From Candidatus Obscuribacterales bacterium (lineage in GTDB: Bacteria; Cyanobacteriota; Vampirovibrionia; Obscuribacterales; Obscuribacteraceae): a stretch of DNA of 64,000 bases. The stretch covers positions 1-64,000 of the forward strand of contig CBDDIJ010000003.1 in NCBI GenBank assembly GCA_965228855.1, given 5' to 3'. The notes beneath the pieces were generated by a model. That model saw only the letters and a list, made by a program, of their open reading frames with translations. It did not search any database and had not been told where the DNA came from. The position numbers were made by a program, and so were the translations under genes. Within the stretch, counting starts at the first letter, position 1; each line of letters starts with the position of its first letter. This document shows, piece by piece, positions 38,470-48,927 of this stretch.

Positions 38470-40053
38470 TTATTGCTCGAGAGTGTAGCCCGTTTTGTAA
38501 TTGCGTTTTTTGACCAGGTCGCGCCAGACGTCTCCGCCGCCGCTTGCTTTGGGGCGTGGAGCCGCAGCTGTTTGGGCAACGGGCGCGGTGGGTTTCTTCA
38601 CTTTCTTGGGTTTTGGAGCAACCGGTTTCTTCGCTACGACCGGCGCAGGTGTCACCGCCGGTGCCGTCACTGCCGTTGCACCATCGGTAGTGGCATTGGC
38701 AGGCTTTGCCGTTACGTTCTTGGTTTTGTCAGAGGAAGTTGAAGTTAAGACCTTATCCGGCTTTTCTGCAGGCGTTTCAGTCGATGCGGTTGTCGGCGGA
38801 GTCGGTTCCTTCACAGCAGGTGCCGGTTCCTTAACCTCAGGTTTTTTTTGTGTCACTACAGGCGGTGCCGGCTTATTGCCCCCGGTCAGCATGGTGTTTA
38901 AACCTACAATGGTCAATGCGCCAAGAATCACGACGCCAACGAGAACCGCTGCCCACTGCGCCCACGTCAGTTTGAACAGTAGTGCGGAAACTTGATCGGC
39001 TGTAATCGCTTTTGCTTCGCCTTCGGACTCGGTGGGTGTGGTCCGCAGAACCTGACTGCGGCCAGGTCTGGGAATGGCGAGTTCGAGCTCATTGACCAGA
39101 TGCTCCATCGATTGATGGCGATCGGCAGGGTCTTTTGCGAGAGCCTTTAGAATGACTTGCTCGACGCGCTCTGGGATGTAGAGGTCCGGTCGCACTTCGG
39201 AAAATTTTGGCGGTGGATCTTCGATGTGTTTTCGCATCGTCTCCACCATCGTGCGACCCAGGAGCGGAAGGCGGTTGGTCAGGGTCTCGTACATGACGAT
39301 TCCCATCGAATAGATGTCGGAGCGTTGATCGAGCTTATGACCCTGGCACTGTTCGGGCGACATGTAGACCGGGCTACCGCAGACCTCGCCCATCTGGGTC
39401 AGGCGCTGATGGTTTTCAGTCGAGCCTTGAGCGTCTTCCATGATCTGGGCAACGCCGAAATCCACGACCTTTACGAAATCTTTGTCACCGTCATAACTGA
39501 TCAATACAATGTTGGAAGGCTTCAAGTCGCGATGGATAATGCCCTGCTTGTGAGCGTGACCGAGTGCATCAGACGATTGCTGAAAGATTTTAAGAGCGCG
39601 TTCGACGCTGACCTGTCCTTCCTGTTTGATCACGTCCGAGAGCGGAACGCCCTGGAGGTAATCCATAACAATAAAGGGCTGTCCGGTCTGTTGCGAAATT
39701 CCGAAGTCGTAAACCGTGATGATATGCGGGTGATTGAGTTTGCATGTGGCTCGACCCTCTTGCTGGAAGCGCTTGACGCTCATCGAGTCGTTCAAGTGGT
39801 GCGATTGCAACATCTTGATCGCGACGATTCGGTCCATCACGTCCTGGCGTCCTTTGTAGACCACGCCCATGCCGCCCGTGCCGAGCACTGACATGATCTC
39901 GTACTTGCCTGCGAGTTTGGTGCCGATCAGAGGGTCTTGAGCGACTGGCACGAGCATGCTGTTGTCGTGCGGACAGGCCGCCACAATTCCGGTGAATTGC
40001 CTGTGGCATTCTAAGCAAACCTTGCGGTCTAGGACGTTCTCTGTAGGATGCAT
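38470..40053 (-). CDS. Hanks-type Ser/Thr protein kinase with an N-terminal Zn-ribbon, TM helix and Pro/Lys/Ala-rich tail
   Basis: CLEC...CPHD, LGTGGMG, VAIK, HRDLKPSN, DFG, YMSPEQ. Confidence 0.95.
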   Translation of the reverse strand: MHPTENVLDRKVCLECHRQFTGIVAACPHDNSMLVPVAQDPLIGTKLAGKYEIMSVLGTGGMGVVYKGRQDVMDRIVAIKMLQSHHLNDSMSVKRFQQEGRATCKLNHPHIITVYDFGISQQTGQPFIVMDYLQGVPLSDVIKQEGQVSVERALKIFQQSSDALGHAHKQGIIHRDLKPSNIVLISYDGDKDFVKVVDFGVAQIMEDAQGSTENHQRLTQMGEVCGSPVYMSPEQCQGHKLDQRSDIYSMGIVMYETLTNRLPLLGRTMVETMRKHIEDPPPKFSEVRPDLYIPERVEQVILKALAKDPADRHQSMEHLVNELELAIPRPGRSQVLRTTPTESEGEAKAITADQVSALLFKLTWAQWAAVLVGVVILGALTIVGLNTMLTGGNKPAPPVVTQKKPEVKEPAPAVKEPTPPTTASTETPAEKPDKVLTSTSSDKTKNVTAKPANATTDGATAVTAPAVTPAPVVAKKPVAPKPKKVKKPTAPVAQTAAAPRPKASGGGDVWRDLVKKRNYKTGYTLEQ

Positions 40054-40254
40054 GAGTAGAAGCGACTAGTTGAGTGAGCTTTTGTCGGGGCGGTAAGACA
40101 GCGGACTTACCTTCAGCATAGCTGATTAAGCATTATTAATGTACCCGTCTAAACCCGGACGTAACCTAAAAACTTGACCCGGATGCGGTAGCACGTTGAA
40201 CACAATTGTGATCAACGCTCGGAAATGAAGGACTGACCAAGGTTTAGCCGATGG

Positions 40255-41502
40255 CTATGACGTTGCCACCAAACTTTCATGTTTTTCTACTTTGCCGCCG
40301 ACGACTGATATTAGGGTCGCACCGGATAACCATTCCTGTTCAAAGCCGTCGAGATGAGTCGTGGTAATTATGGTCTGCATTCCTCGGTGCACGGACTCCA
40401 TTAGAAAACCCTGGCGGCGCAGATCGAGTTCCGCCATTACATCGTCGAGGAGAAGAACGGGAGGCTCGCCCAGGTGATCGGATACCAGTTTCAGTTCCGA
40501 TAATTTTAAGGCTAAAACCAGACTGCGTTGTTGACCCTGGCTGCCGAACGCCGTGGCATCGCTCTCGTCGATTGTGAACCGCACATCGTCGCGGTGTGGA
40601 CCCGACAGTGTTTGACGTCTTGTGATCTCGTCGCTGCGCCTCGTCTTGTACAACTGCATGAGGCGAGAGGCAATTTCGCGTTCCTCCATATTAAGAAGGT
40701 CGGTATTGGGAACTGGTGTTGATTCTTCGGCTTCGTAATTATCGTCGTATTGATTCTCAGACCCGGTGGAGTGGAAGTAGTACGTGGCTGCAAGCGTCTC
40801 TCTCTGACCGGAGATCTTCTCGTGATAGGAAGTAGCGATCGGGAGCGCCAGGTCCAGGCATTTGACCCGATGCTTGATAATAGTGGCGCCCATGGTGGCA
40901 AGCTGCTGATCCCAAACTTTAAGCTCGTCGATGTCCGTGCCGGTCAGTTTCCCCTTCTCGAAGATGTTCTTCAACAGCCGATTTCGCTGCGTCACTGCTT
41001 TTTCGTATCTGCTTAAAACTGTTTTGAAACCGCTCGATAAAATTGCAGCGAGGTCGTCCACCCAGTCGCGACGGTCTTTGGGACCACCGCGAATCAAGCT
41101 CATGTCCTGGCTTTTAAAGCTTACTGTCACAAGGTGCCCCTTCAGTCCACGCGTATTTCCTTTTGGAACTCCATTTACCTTGATCAACTTTTCACTTTTA
41201 GGAGCCGCTCCTGGAGCGGTGCTTGCGTCGCTCTTCTTCTTGATGATAATTGAAATTTTATGGTCGTAATCGCGCGCGAAAAATTCGACTTCCACAATCG
41301 CGTGGTCCTGGCCGCGATTAATCAATTCCGAATCTATCGAGGTACGATAAGACTTGCCTGCCGAGGCGAACTCGATCGCTTCCAGCAAATTTGTTTTACC
41401 TTGCGCATTCTCGCCGATGATGACATTCCGCTCGGGGCAGAACGAAAGAACTTCCTGTCGATAATTTCGGAAGTTCGTGACGGTGAGCTTTTTAACGAGC
41501 AT
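40255..41502 (-). CDS. recF: DNA replication/repair protein RecF
   Basis: NFRNY, GENAQGKTN, GPHRDD, GSQGQQRS, LLDDVMAELD. Confidence 0.96.
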   Translation of the reverse strand: MLVKKLTVTNFRNYRQEVLSFCPERNVIIGENAQGKTNLLEAIEFASAGKSYRTSIDSELINRGQDHAIVEVEFFARDYDHKISIIIKKKSDASTAPGAAPKSEKLIKVNGVPKGNTRGLKGHLVTVSFKSQDMSLIRGGPKDRRDWVDDLAAILSSGFKTVLSRYEKAVTQRNRLLKNIFEKGKLTGTDIDELKVWDQQLATMGATIIKHRVKCLDLALPIATSYHEKISGQRETLAATYYFHSTGSENQYDDNYEAEESTPVPNTDLLNMEEREIASRLMQLYKTRRSDEITRRQTLSGPHRDDVRFTIDESDATAFGSQGQQRSLVLALKLSELKLVSDHLGEPPVLLLDDVMAELDLRRQGFLMESVHRGMQTIITTTHLDGFEQEWLSGATLISVVGGKVEKHESLVATS

Positions 41503-41553
41503 GAATAGTTTATTTCCGTGTTGTGCCGACGCTTCTCACCGGTTTTGTAAAAC

Positions 41554-42561
41554 TCAGGCGTGAAGTTTGTCCGTCTCTTTGCGTTCGGTTGTTTGTGTTT
41601 TATGGTCTGACAAATAAAGCCGAGCTTTGAGAATGTCTTTGTTAATCTGCTCCTTGAGCTCTTCTGCGCCATTGAATTTTTGCTCTGCGCGAAGGAAGGA
41701 AAGAAATTCTATTTCCATTGTTTGACCGTAAAGGTCGCCTTTGTAATCGAGAAGGTGTGCCTCGACTGTAAGCGCGAGATTTACCGGAGCGCCGGGGTCT
41801 GCGTTCGGCGCGCCTTGTTCTTGTTGGAACGTAGGACGCAAGCCGATGTTGATGACGCTCGGGACCACTTGCTCTCCCATCTTTGCCAGACCTACGTATA
41901 CGCCTCGCTGCGGTACGACCTGGATTTCATTGAAGGCAAGGTTGGCTGTCGGGAAACCGAGCAAGCGACCGCGTTGATCACCGCGAACCACCGTCCCGTA
42001 AAGAGTGTACGGGCGTGATAAGAGGAGCGCAGCCTGTTCGAGTTCGTTATTCATAATCAATTCTCGAATTGCTGAACTCGACACCTCGTGCCCTTCAACG
42101 TTGATCATGTCAGCGACGTGAACGCTGAAACTGTGTTTCTTGCCCAATTTGTTCAGCAGGCTCGTATCACCCTCGGCGTCTTTGCCGAAATGGTGGTTCG
42201 GTCCAACGGAGATCGAGCGAGCGCCCAGGCTGCCCACGAGCATATGTTCAACATATTCGACTGGACTGAGCCGGCAGAGTTCTTCAGAAAATGTAAGTAC
42301 AAGCGCGAAATCAACGCCCATCTTCTCAAACAACTTCAGGCGCTGTTCGATCACAGTCAACAAAAGCGGAGAGCGTCCTTTAGTGAGTGTGCGGGGGTGA
42401 TCCTTAAAGGTCACGACTCCGCACGGCACCCCGAGCCTCAGAGCCTCTTCTTTTGCCTTGCCAATCACAACTTGGTGACCCGGGTGCACGCCGTCAAAAA
42501 ATCCGAGCGCGATAGCCGATTGCTTGCACAGTCCAGGTAAGGGTTCGTAGTAGGTTTCCAA
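41554..42561 (-). CDS. ribF: Bifunctional riboflavin kinase/FAD synthetase
   Basis: GFFDGVHPGHQ, SSSAIR, GRLLGFPTAN, EAHLLD; TTG start. Confidence 0.95.
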   Translation of the reverse strand: METYYEPLPGLCKQSAIALGFFDGVHPGHQVVIGKAKEEALRLGVPCGVVTFKDHPRTLTKGRSPLLLTVIEQRLKLFEKMGVDFALVLTFSEELCRLSPVEYVEHMLVGSLGARSISVGPNHHFGKDAEGDTSLLNKLGKKHSFSVHVADMINVEGHEVSSSAIRELIMNNELEQAALLLSRPYTLYGTVVRGDQRGRLLGFPTANLAFNEIQVVPQRGVYVGLAKMGEQVVPSVINIGLRPTFQQEQGAPNADPGAPVNLALTVEAHLLDYKGDLYGQTMEIEFLSFLRAEQKFNGAEELKEQINKDILKARLYLSDHKTQTTERKETDKLHA

Positions 42562-42972
42562 GGACTCTTCCTTTATTTAGGTGCATCGCAAAAGCGGTTG
42601 TCGGATTGGACAGATTTTGGCAATTAGTCTTGCTTTGCGGCTTGTGCCTGTTGGATATGCTTTTACTATAACGCGCGCAAGAGCTAAAACATACAAAACA
42701 ATCAGTGTATTGTAAACCAGACTGGGCCTTGCAGAAAGTCTAGAGAACTCTCATCTGTTATCCCGCTTAAATCCGCATAAATCCCCATATCAAGCGGCTT
42801 ACGCGCCTTGATTATGGTAGAATTATGATACGTGGAAAGCGTGGAAGAACAGGCTTTCGAAGCCGATTGTCGTCCATTGGTAGTTCGCTATCGCGTCAAT
42901 CGGGTGAGATGTCGAAACGTGTCTTCTATGCGCTGCGTATTCGTTATGTAATACCAGGGGTTCCTGACTGCT

Positions 42973-45015
42973 GTGACTAATTCAAATTCAAACAACGACG
43001 AAAACAAAGACGAGAAAGCGGCACCGTCCGAAGCTGAATACTCAGCCTCCAGTATCGATGTTCTCGAGGGTCTCGAAGCGGTTCGCAAAAGACCGGGCAT
43101 GTACATCGGAAGTACTGGACCGCGCGGTTTGCACCACCTGGTGTGGGAAATCGTCGACAACTCTGTAGACGAAGCACTGGCTGGACACTGCAATACCATT
43201 GAAGTGACCGTCAATGAAGACAGTTCCGTAACCGTTCGCGACAACGGTCGTGGCATCCCGGTCGGCATTGTTGCGAAGAGTGGAAAGAGCGGTGTTGAAA
43301 CCGTATTCACCATTCTCCACGCCGGCGGTAAGTTCGGCGGTGAAGGTGGATACAAAGTGTCCGGCGGTCTTCACGGTGTGGGCGCGTCCGTTGTAAACGC
43401 TCTATCCACACGTCTCGAAGTAGAAGTTTATCAAAACAGCAAGGTTCACAAACAAGCGTACAATCGCGGAACCGCAGATGGTGGCTTGGATGTGGTTGGA
43501 ACCACAGATAGGCGTGGAACGCAGGTCACTTTCTGGCCCGACCCTGAAATCTTCCATGACTACAACGAAGAGAACGAGCGTATTCAGATCGACTTTGACT
43601 GGGATACGCTCAATCACCGTTTGAGAGAAATGGCGTTTCTCAACAAAGGCTTGAGGATGATTGTCAAAGACAATCGCGTCAAAGCAGGAGAGGAGCCGAA
43701 GACGGCTGAGTATCACTATGAAGGTGGTATTGCCAGTTATGTCGAATACATCAACGACACTCGTGATGCCATTCACAAACCGCCGATTTATATCGAAGCC
43801 AGCCGCGACAACATTGTTGTAGAGTGCGCGGCTCAATGGACGACTGTCTACATGGAGTCGGTGTTCTCATATGTCAACAACATCAACACGCATGACGGCG
43901 GAACTCACCTTGCCGGTTTCAAAATTGCTCTGACTCGTGTTATCAATGATTATGCGAAACGGACCAACCTCGTTAAAGAAGGTGACCAGAACTTCACTGG
44001 CGAAGATGTTCGCGAAGGGATGACTGCGGTCGTTTCGGTAAAAGTTCCGGAACCGCAATTCGAAGGTCAGACCAAAGAACGTCTCGGCAACAGAGAAGTG
44101 CAAGGTATCGTTCAATCCATCGTTACGGAAGCACTTAACGACTGGCTCGAACTGAATCCTCAAGCTGCCAAGCAGATCGTAACCAAAGCACAGCTGGCGA
44201 AGAAAGCTCGTGAAGATGCCGCGAAGGCGAGGAACCTCGTGCGTCGCGCCTCAAACCTTGAAGGTTCTTCTCTGCCGGATAAGCTCTCTGATTGCTCAGA
44301 CAAAGATCCGACCAGATGCGAAGTTTATCTCGTTGAAGGTGACTCCGCCGGTGGTAGCGCCAAGCAAGGCCGCGATCGAACATTCCAGGCGATTCTTCCG
44401 TTGCGCGGTAAAATCTTGAACGTTGAAAGAGTTCAGCCCTCGCGCATTTACGAGAACGCTGAAGTTCAGGCAATGATCAGCGCACTCGGTTTGATCGTCA
44501 AGGAAGAGGACGATGAAGGTGGTGGCAAGAAGGGCGGAATTCTCAGACCCAATGCTGAGAATCTTGACCTCGACAAACTCCGCTATCACAAAGTCATTAT
44601 CATGACTGACGCAGACGTCGACGGCTCGCACATCAGAACGCTCATCCTTACATTCTTCTTCCGTTATGCAAGACAGCTGGTGGAAAAAGGTTATGTCTAC
44701 ATCGCGCAACCGCCGTTGTTCAAGGTCGAAAAGGGCAAGCGTGTCGAATACTGCTACAACGAGCATAAGCTCGAAGCGATACTTGCGGAAATGGGCGAAA
44801 AGGCTGTAATCCAGCGATTCAAAGGTCTCGGTGAAATGATGCCCCAGCAGCTCTGGGATACAACCATGAATCCTGAGACTCGCATCTTGAAGAAGGTCAC
44901 CGTAGAGGACGCCTCCGAAGCGGAGCACATCTTCGACCTGCTAATGGGTGAAGCGGTCGCTCCAAGACGCGAGTTCATCGAGAAAAACGCACACTTCGCG
45001 AAACTGGATGTCTAA
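42973..45015 (+). CDS. gyrB: DNA gyrase subunit B
   Basis: [43 protein letters not shown]-terminal KLDV. Confidence 0.95.
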   Translation: MTNSNSNNDENKDEKAAPSEAEYSASSIDVLEGLEAVRKRPGMYIGSTGPRGLHHLVWEIVDNSVDEALAGHCNTIEVTVNEDSSVTVRDNGRGIPVGIVAKSGKSGVETVFTILHAGGKFGGEGGYKVSGGLHGVGASVVNALSTRLEVEVYQNSKVHKQAYNRGTADGGLDVVGTTDRRGTQVTFWPDPEIFHDYNEENERIQIDFDWDTLNHRLREMAFLNKGLRMIVKDNRVKAGEEPKTAEYHYEGGIASYVEYINDTRDAIHKPPIYIEASRDNIVVECAAQWTTVYMESVFSYVNNINTHDGGTHLAGFKIALTRVINDYAKRTNLVKEGDQNFTGEDVREGMTAVVSVKVPEPQFEGQTKERLGNREVQGIVQSIVTEALNDWLELNPQAAKQIVTKAQLAKKAREDAAKARNLVRRASNLEGSSLPDKLSDCSDKDPTRCEVYLVEGDSAGGSAKQGRDRTFQAILPLRGKILNVERVQPSRIYENAEVQAMISALGLIVKEEDDEGGGKKGGILRPNAENLDLDKLRYHKVIIMTDADVDGSHIRTLILTFFFRYARQLVEKGYVYIAQPPLFKVEKGKRVEYCYNEHKLEAILAEMGEKAVIQRFKGLGEMMPQQLWDTTMNPETRILKKVTVEDASEAEHIFDLLMGEAVAPRREFIEKNAHFAKLDV

Positions 45016-45679
45016 GGAAGAGCCAACTTCTACGACTGCACAACCGGAGCAAATGCAATCGCAGGCGAGCTCCGGCGCGACTTTGAACGTTCCAAACACA
45101 GTAACTGTCGGTCGCGTGTTTCTCGCTATTGGCACGCTATGTTTGTTATGGCAGCCGGCAGATTCTATGAAGTGGACGGCATTTATCCTGACCATTCTTG
45201 TGATCTGGATGGACGGCATCGACGGATATCTGGCGCGAAAGCTCAAGCAGACATCAAAACTTGGCGGCATTCTCGACATCGCGGGCGATCGTGTTGTCGA
45301 GATGGCCTACTGGATCTGCTTTGCTGTTTTAAACTGGATTCCTGTTTGGATCCCACTTTTGTTTCTCGTGCGAGGGACATTTGTTGACGCCATTCGCGCT
45401 CATGCGTCGGAGCAAGGCTTCACCGCATTCGGTCAGAACACGATGATGCAGAGTCCAATTGGTAAATTTTTAGTCGCCTCCAATTTCAGCCGTTTCACCT
45501 ATGCGGTCGTAAAGGCAGTCGCCTTTTGTTTGGTCGTGGGGGCGCATACGCAGCTGGGTCAGCAATGGTCTCTGGAGCCGATAGCGATGTTTTTCGTTTA
45601 TTTTTCCGCGGTCTTCTGCGTTATTAGAGGACTGCCGGTCATCCTCGAGTCCAAGTCAGTTTTCCAGCACCGCGCCTAG
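45008..45679 (+). CDS. CDP-alcohol phosphatidyltransferase
   Basis: [16 protein letters not shown]...[10 protein letters not shown]; overlaps the end of gyrB. Confidence 0.9.
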   Translation: MSKEEPTSTTAQPEQMQSQASSGATLNVPNTVTVGRVFLAIGTLCLLWQPADSMKWTAFILTILVIWMDGIDGYLARKLKQTSKLGGILDIAGDRVVEMAYWICFAVLNWIPVWIPLLFLVRGTFVDAIRAHASEQGFTAFGQNTMMQSPIGKFLVASNFSRFTYAVVKAVAFCLVVGAHTQLGQQWSLEPIAMFFVYFSAVFCVIRGLPVILESKSVFQHRA

Positions 45680-45710
45680 TGGCACAGTGCTGCCACCGTA
45701 GCTGGTGGCG

Positions 45711-46775
45711 CTATTGCTTGTTGTCGCCAGTGTGTTGCTGGTCTGATTGATTCGATTGTCCGGCACCACCCCAGGGCTTGTTGAAGATGTTGTCCTGGTC
45801 CTCGGCGCTGCTGCCCCAGGATGAACTGTTGACCTTCTTTCCGCCCTGAGACATGGCCTGACCGCCAATACCCCATTGGGTTTGATCTCTGGTTTTACCG
45901 GCACCGTAATTGGTGTCTTTTTGATCGGCTCCCCATCCGGAAGGCTTCTGATTCGGATTGTTTACTTCGATCGATCCGACTGTGGAACTGCCGGCCCAGC
46001 TTCTTGAGTCGGATGGCTGCTTGGGCTTGCTCATATCAATCTTTTTGCCGGCGACATATGAGAAGCCTTTCTGAACTTGTTCGGTCGGACGCTTGGTCAC
46101 ATCCATTCGCTTTTGATCCTCTGTGCCTTCCTGGTGCATTTTTCGAGGATTGCGGGTAAACAGCTCCGGCGTGAAATCCCGCTCGTTCGTCTGATACCAC
46201 TTCGGTCGGATTACCGTACCGTGATTGGCTTTGCCCTGTGTGTTCACCAGATCATCTTCACGAGGGTTGGGGTCAGGTGGTGCCAGGAACTGGCGATGTT
46301 TTTCGAGAGCCTGCACATCGAGGTGTTTGGGTCCGAGATTTCTTTTTGCGAACGCTTCCAGTCGCTCGAGCCAGCGAAGCTCACGTTCTCTTTCCGACTT
46401 GCTTACCTGGGCTGTCTTTGTGACGAGCTCCTGCAAAGTCGCCGTTCTCGACTGGGTTTCATTCGGTTGACGCCAGACGTTCATGTGGAAAAGCTGGTGG
46501 TTGACGACATCACGCACCATGGACTTGGTTCTCGTATCCAGCGCGCGTTTCCCCTGAAGTTGGCCTTCGGCCAACTTGTAGGACTGGTCGAACATATTCA
46601 GGGCGCCGTTTTTGTCTCCCTTGTGCCACATCCGCAGCCCGACCTGGTCGTAGTAGTACCATTTCGGCCAGGTCTGCCGTTCTCCCGAGCCGTAGGGATT
46701 CGCGGCCGAACCGGGTGATGCCTGTAGCAGTAGAGTGGCTGCGACTGCGAGGAAGGTGATGGCTTTCCCTTTCAT
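45711..46775 (-). CDS. Secreted hypothetical protein with a WG-repeat low-complexity C-terminus
   Basis: Signal peptide, helical N-terminal half, SWAG/GWGA/QWGI/SWGS/PWGG motifs. Confidence 0.7.
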   Translation of the reverse strand: MKGKAITFLAVAATLLLQASPGSAANPYGSGERQTWPKWYYYDQVGLRMWHKGDKNGALNMFDQSYKLAEGQLQGKRALDTRTKSMVRDVVNHQLFHMNVWRQPNETQSRTATLQELVTKTAQVSKSERERELRWLERLEAFAKRNLGPKHLDVQALEKHRQFLAPPDPNPREDDLVNTQGKANHGTVIRPKWYQTNERDFTPELFTRNPRKMHQEGTEDQKRMDVTKRPTEQVQKGFSYVAGKKIDMSKPKQPSDSRSWAGSSTVGSIEVNNPNQKPSGWGADQKDTNYGAGKTRDQTQWGIGGQAMSQGGKKVNSSSWGSSAEDQDNIFNKPWGGAGQSNQSDQQHTGDNKQ

Positions 46776-46780
46776 TTTCT

Positions 46781-47848
46781 TTACTCCACTGTCAGGACCT
46801 GGCTATTTTTCTTTTTGCTTAGAAGTTGCCTTGCGGCGTCGATCACTTTTGATGGTGCTAGAGCAGTCAGGCACTGCCTTTGATCGTCGCAAGTTTTCTT
46901 ATAATGGCAGGGGCGGCATTCAAGCGTTTCATCAAAAACCGCTTGGGTTAGTTCGCCCAGTGGTCTCCAGCGATTCGGGTCGGTCGGACCGAACAGAGTG
47001 ACCGTTGGAACTCCTGCAGCGCATGCTAGATGGGCTGGGCCGGAGTCTACGCAAACGGCGAGATCCATCTCTTTATAGAGAGCCATGCTCTCTCTTACCG
47101 TCAGCTCTCCTGCCATATTAACACTTTTCACGCCTGCTGCGGTTTCAAGCTTTTCGTAGGTCTCCCGGTCGCTTTTGTCTCCGGTGAAAAATGGCGTCAT
47201 GCCGAACTCGGCACTGAGACCTCGTAAAACCTCGGCCCATAACTCAAGCGGGTAAGTCTTGTCCGGATGAGCGGCTGCCGCGTGAATGAGCATGCGTTTT
47301 TCGTGTGAATGCAAGTCCGGTATCTTCGCGATTACTGAGGCGGTCTCCTCCTGGCTGATCCAGGCTTCCAGATGCTTGTCCTGAGGCTTGACGCCCACGG
47401 CTTCGAGCACATTGAGCACTGAATCGACTTCATGAATGTCGGTATTCCAAGGCACTTTGTGGGTGAGAAGGAAGGAGCGCCCTTCCGTTGCGTAACCGGC
47501 TCGCACCTTTGCGCCCGTTGCGAATGCCAGAAACGCTGATGACAGGGAGCGTTTGAGAACGAAGACCGCATCATATTTCCGCTTTCGCATCTCAAAAACA
47601 TACGACCAGTAACTTTTCTTTTTGCCTTCACCGCGGTCGTATTTGTGAAAACGCGTGGTATCAAAATTGATAAACTCGTCGACGTAAGGGCAATTCTCGA
47701 TTACCTTCCCGCTCACTGGACCAACCAGCATATCAATTTTGGCATCCGGACAGGCTCGTCGAAGATTTCGCAAAAACGGAACGGCTAAAATCGTGTCGCC
47801 GAGAAAGCGATAACGAATAATCAAAATTCGTTTGGCGTCGAACATCAT
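46781..47848 (-). CDS. waaF: Glycosyltransferase family 9 (heptosyltransferase II-like)
   Basis: FLGDTIL, DSGPAHLA, LFGPT, CRPC...C; in an operon with lpxK and waaA. Confidence 0.8.
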   Translation of the reverse strand: MMFDAKRILIIRYRFLGDTILAVPFLRNLRRACPDAKIDMLVGPVSGKVIENCPYVDEFINFDTTRFHKYDRGEGKKKSYWSYVFEMRKRKYDAVFVLKRSLSSAFLAFATGAKVRAGYATEGRSFLLTHKVPWNTDIHEVDSVLNVLEAVGVKPQDKHLEAWISQEETASVIAKIPDLHSHEKRMLIHAAAAHPDKTYPLELWAEVLRGLSAEFGMTPFFTGDKSDRETYEKLETAAGVKSVNMAGELTVRESMALYKEMDLAVCVDSGPAHLACAAGVPTVTLFGPTDPNRWRPLGELTQAVFDETLECRPCHYKKTCDDQRQCLTALAPSKVIDAARQLLSKKKNSQVLTVE

Positions 47849-48927
47849 CAATCTCCCGCCGATGTCACAGGAAGTTTGAATTCAGGCGGAGAGCCAATCC
47901 ACTCGGTTTCCATCGCGAGCGCCACCACTTTTTCTTTTAACTTCTCTGGCAGATCGAGACGCACCAGATCCTTTTCGGTTGTGACGATCAGAGTCGCTCC
48001 GCTTTTGTGCAAAACCGATTTCAGATTATTCAATTCTCCTTCCGAGAACCAGTGGTGGTCGGGGAATGCGTGGAGTGAGACAACTTCGACGCCGAGTTGA
48101 GATAGAGAGTCGACGAAAGCGCTCGGTCTGGCGATGCCGCAAAGTGCGAGTACCTTTTGCCCGGAAATTTGGGAAAAACTCAAATCGCCTCTGCCATCCA
48201 TTCTTCGCAAAGAGGCCGGTCTGAAGCGGCACATAGAGACTTGCGCCTGCGGGGCGTACTTCTCTGCTAGGTCTTGAAACCGGCGCATTCTCTGGGGATC
48301 TGGGTAGGGTGGAACTTTACTGATTACTATATGCGTCGCTCTTCCCAGGGCGCTAAATGGTTCACGCAAACGACCAGCCGGAACGAGCGAGTCATCTAGT
48401 GTTTCGCTATAGTCGAGGAGAACGACATCGAAGTCGCGTCGGAGTTTTAAGTGTTGAAAGCCATCGTCGAGTACAATCAAGTCGCAGTTGAAGGTATCAG
48501 ATGCGATGGCAGACGTGGAACTTCTATCCTTGCCCGAAATCACGACTGTCTGCGGTAGAGCTTGGGCCATCATGAATGGTTCGTCGCCTGCTTCTGCGCA
48601 TGACGAAAGAATTTGTTTGCCATCACTGACGACGGTGTATTCGTCTGTCGATTTCCGTTTATATCCTCTCGACAGTATCGCGATTCTCTTGCCATCGGCT
48701 ACGAGACGTTTCGTGATATCAATTGTGACCGGCGTTTTGCCGGTTCCGCCCACCGACAAATTGCCAACGCTGATCACTGGAACGCTCGGACGCACCCGAG
48801 TCATGAGACCTTCGGCATAAGCCTTCATTCGGACGAATCCGATTCCACCGTACACAAAAGAAGGCGGGAGCAATAGCGTCTTTGCCACTGGATTCGCGAT
48901 AATCTTCGAGTATAGATCTTCAGCCAT
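47848..48927 (-). CDS. lpxK: Tetraacyldisaccharide 4'-kinase
   Basis: VGNLSVGGTGKTP, SRGY, GDEP, LDDGFQH, PAGRLRE, FPDHH, TTEKD. Confidence 0.96.
   Translation of the reverse strand: MAEDLYSKIIANPVAKTLLLPPSFVYGGIGFVRMKAYAEGLMTRVRPSVPVISVGNLSVGGTGKTPVTIDITKRLVADGKRIAILSRGYKRKSTDEYTVVSDGKQILSSCAEAGDEPFMMAQALPQTVVISGKDRSSTSAIASDTFNCDLIVLDDGFQHLKLRRDFDVVLLDYSETLDDSLVPAGRLREPFSALGRATHIVISKVPPYPDPQRMRRFQDLAEKYAPQAQVSMCRFRPASLRRMDGRGDLSFSQISGQKVLALCGIARPSAFVDSLSQLGVEVVSLHAFPDHHWFSEGELNNLKSVLHKSGATLIVTTEKDLVRLDLPEKLKEKVVALAMETEWIGSPPEFKLPVTSAGD

Noticed and set aside
42562..42972. Possible oriC between ribF and gyrB
   Set aside because: Only weak DnaA-box-like words (CGTGGAAAG, CGTGGAAGA, TTATCCCGC); no box cluster, clear unwinding element or dnaA/dnaN.
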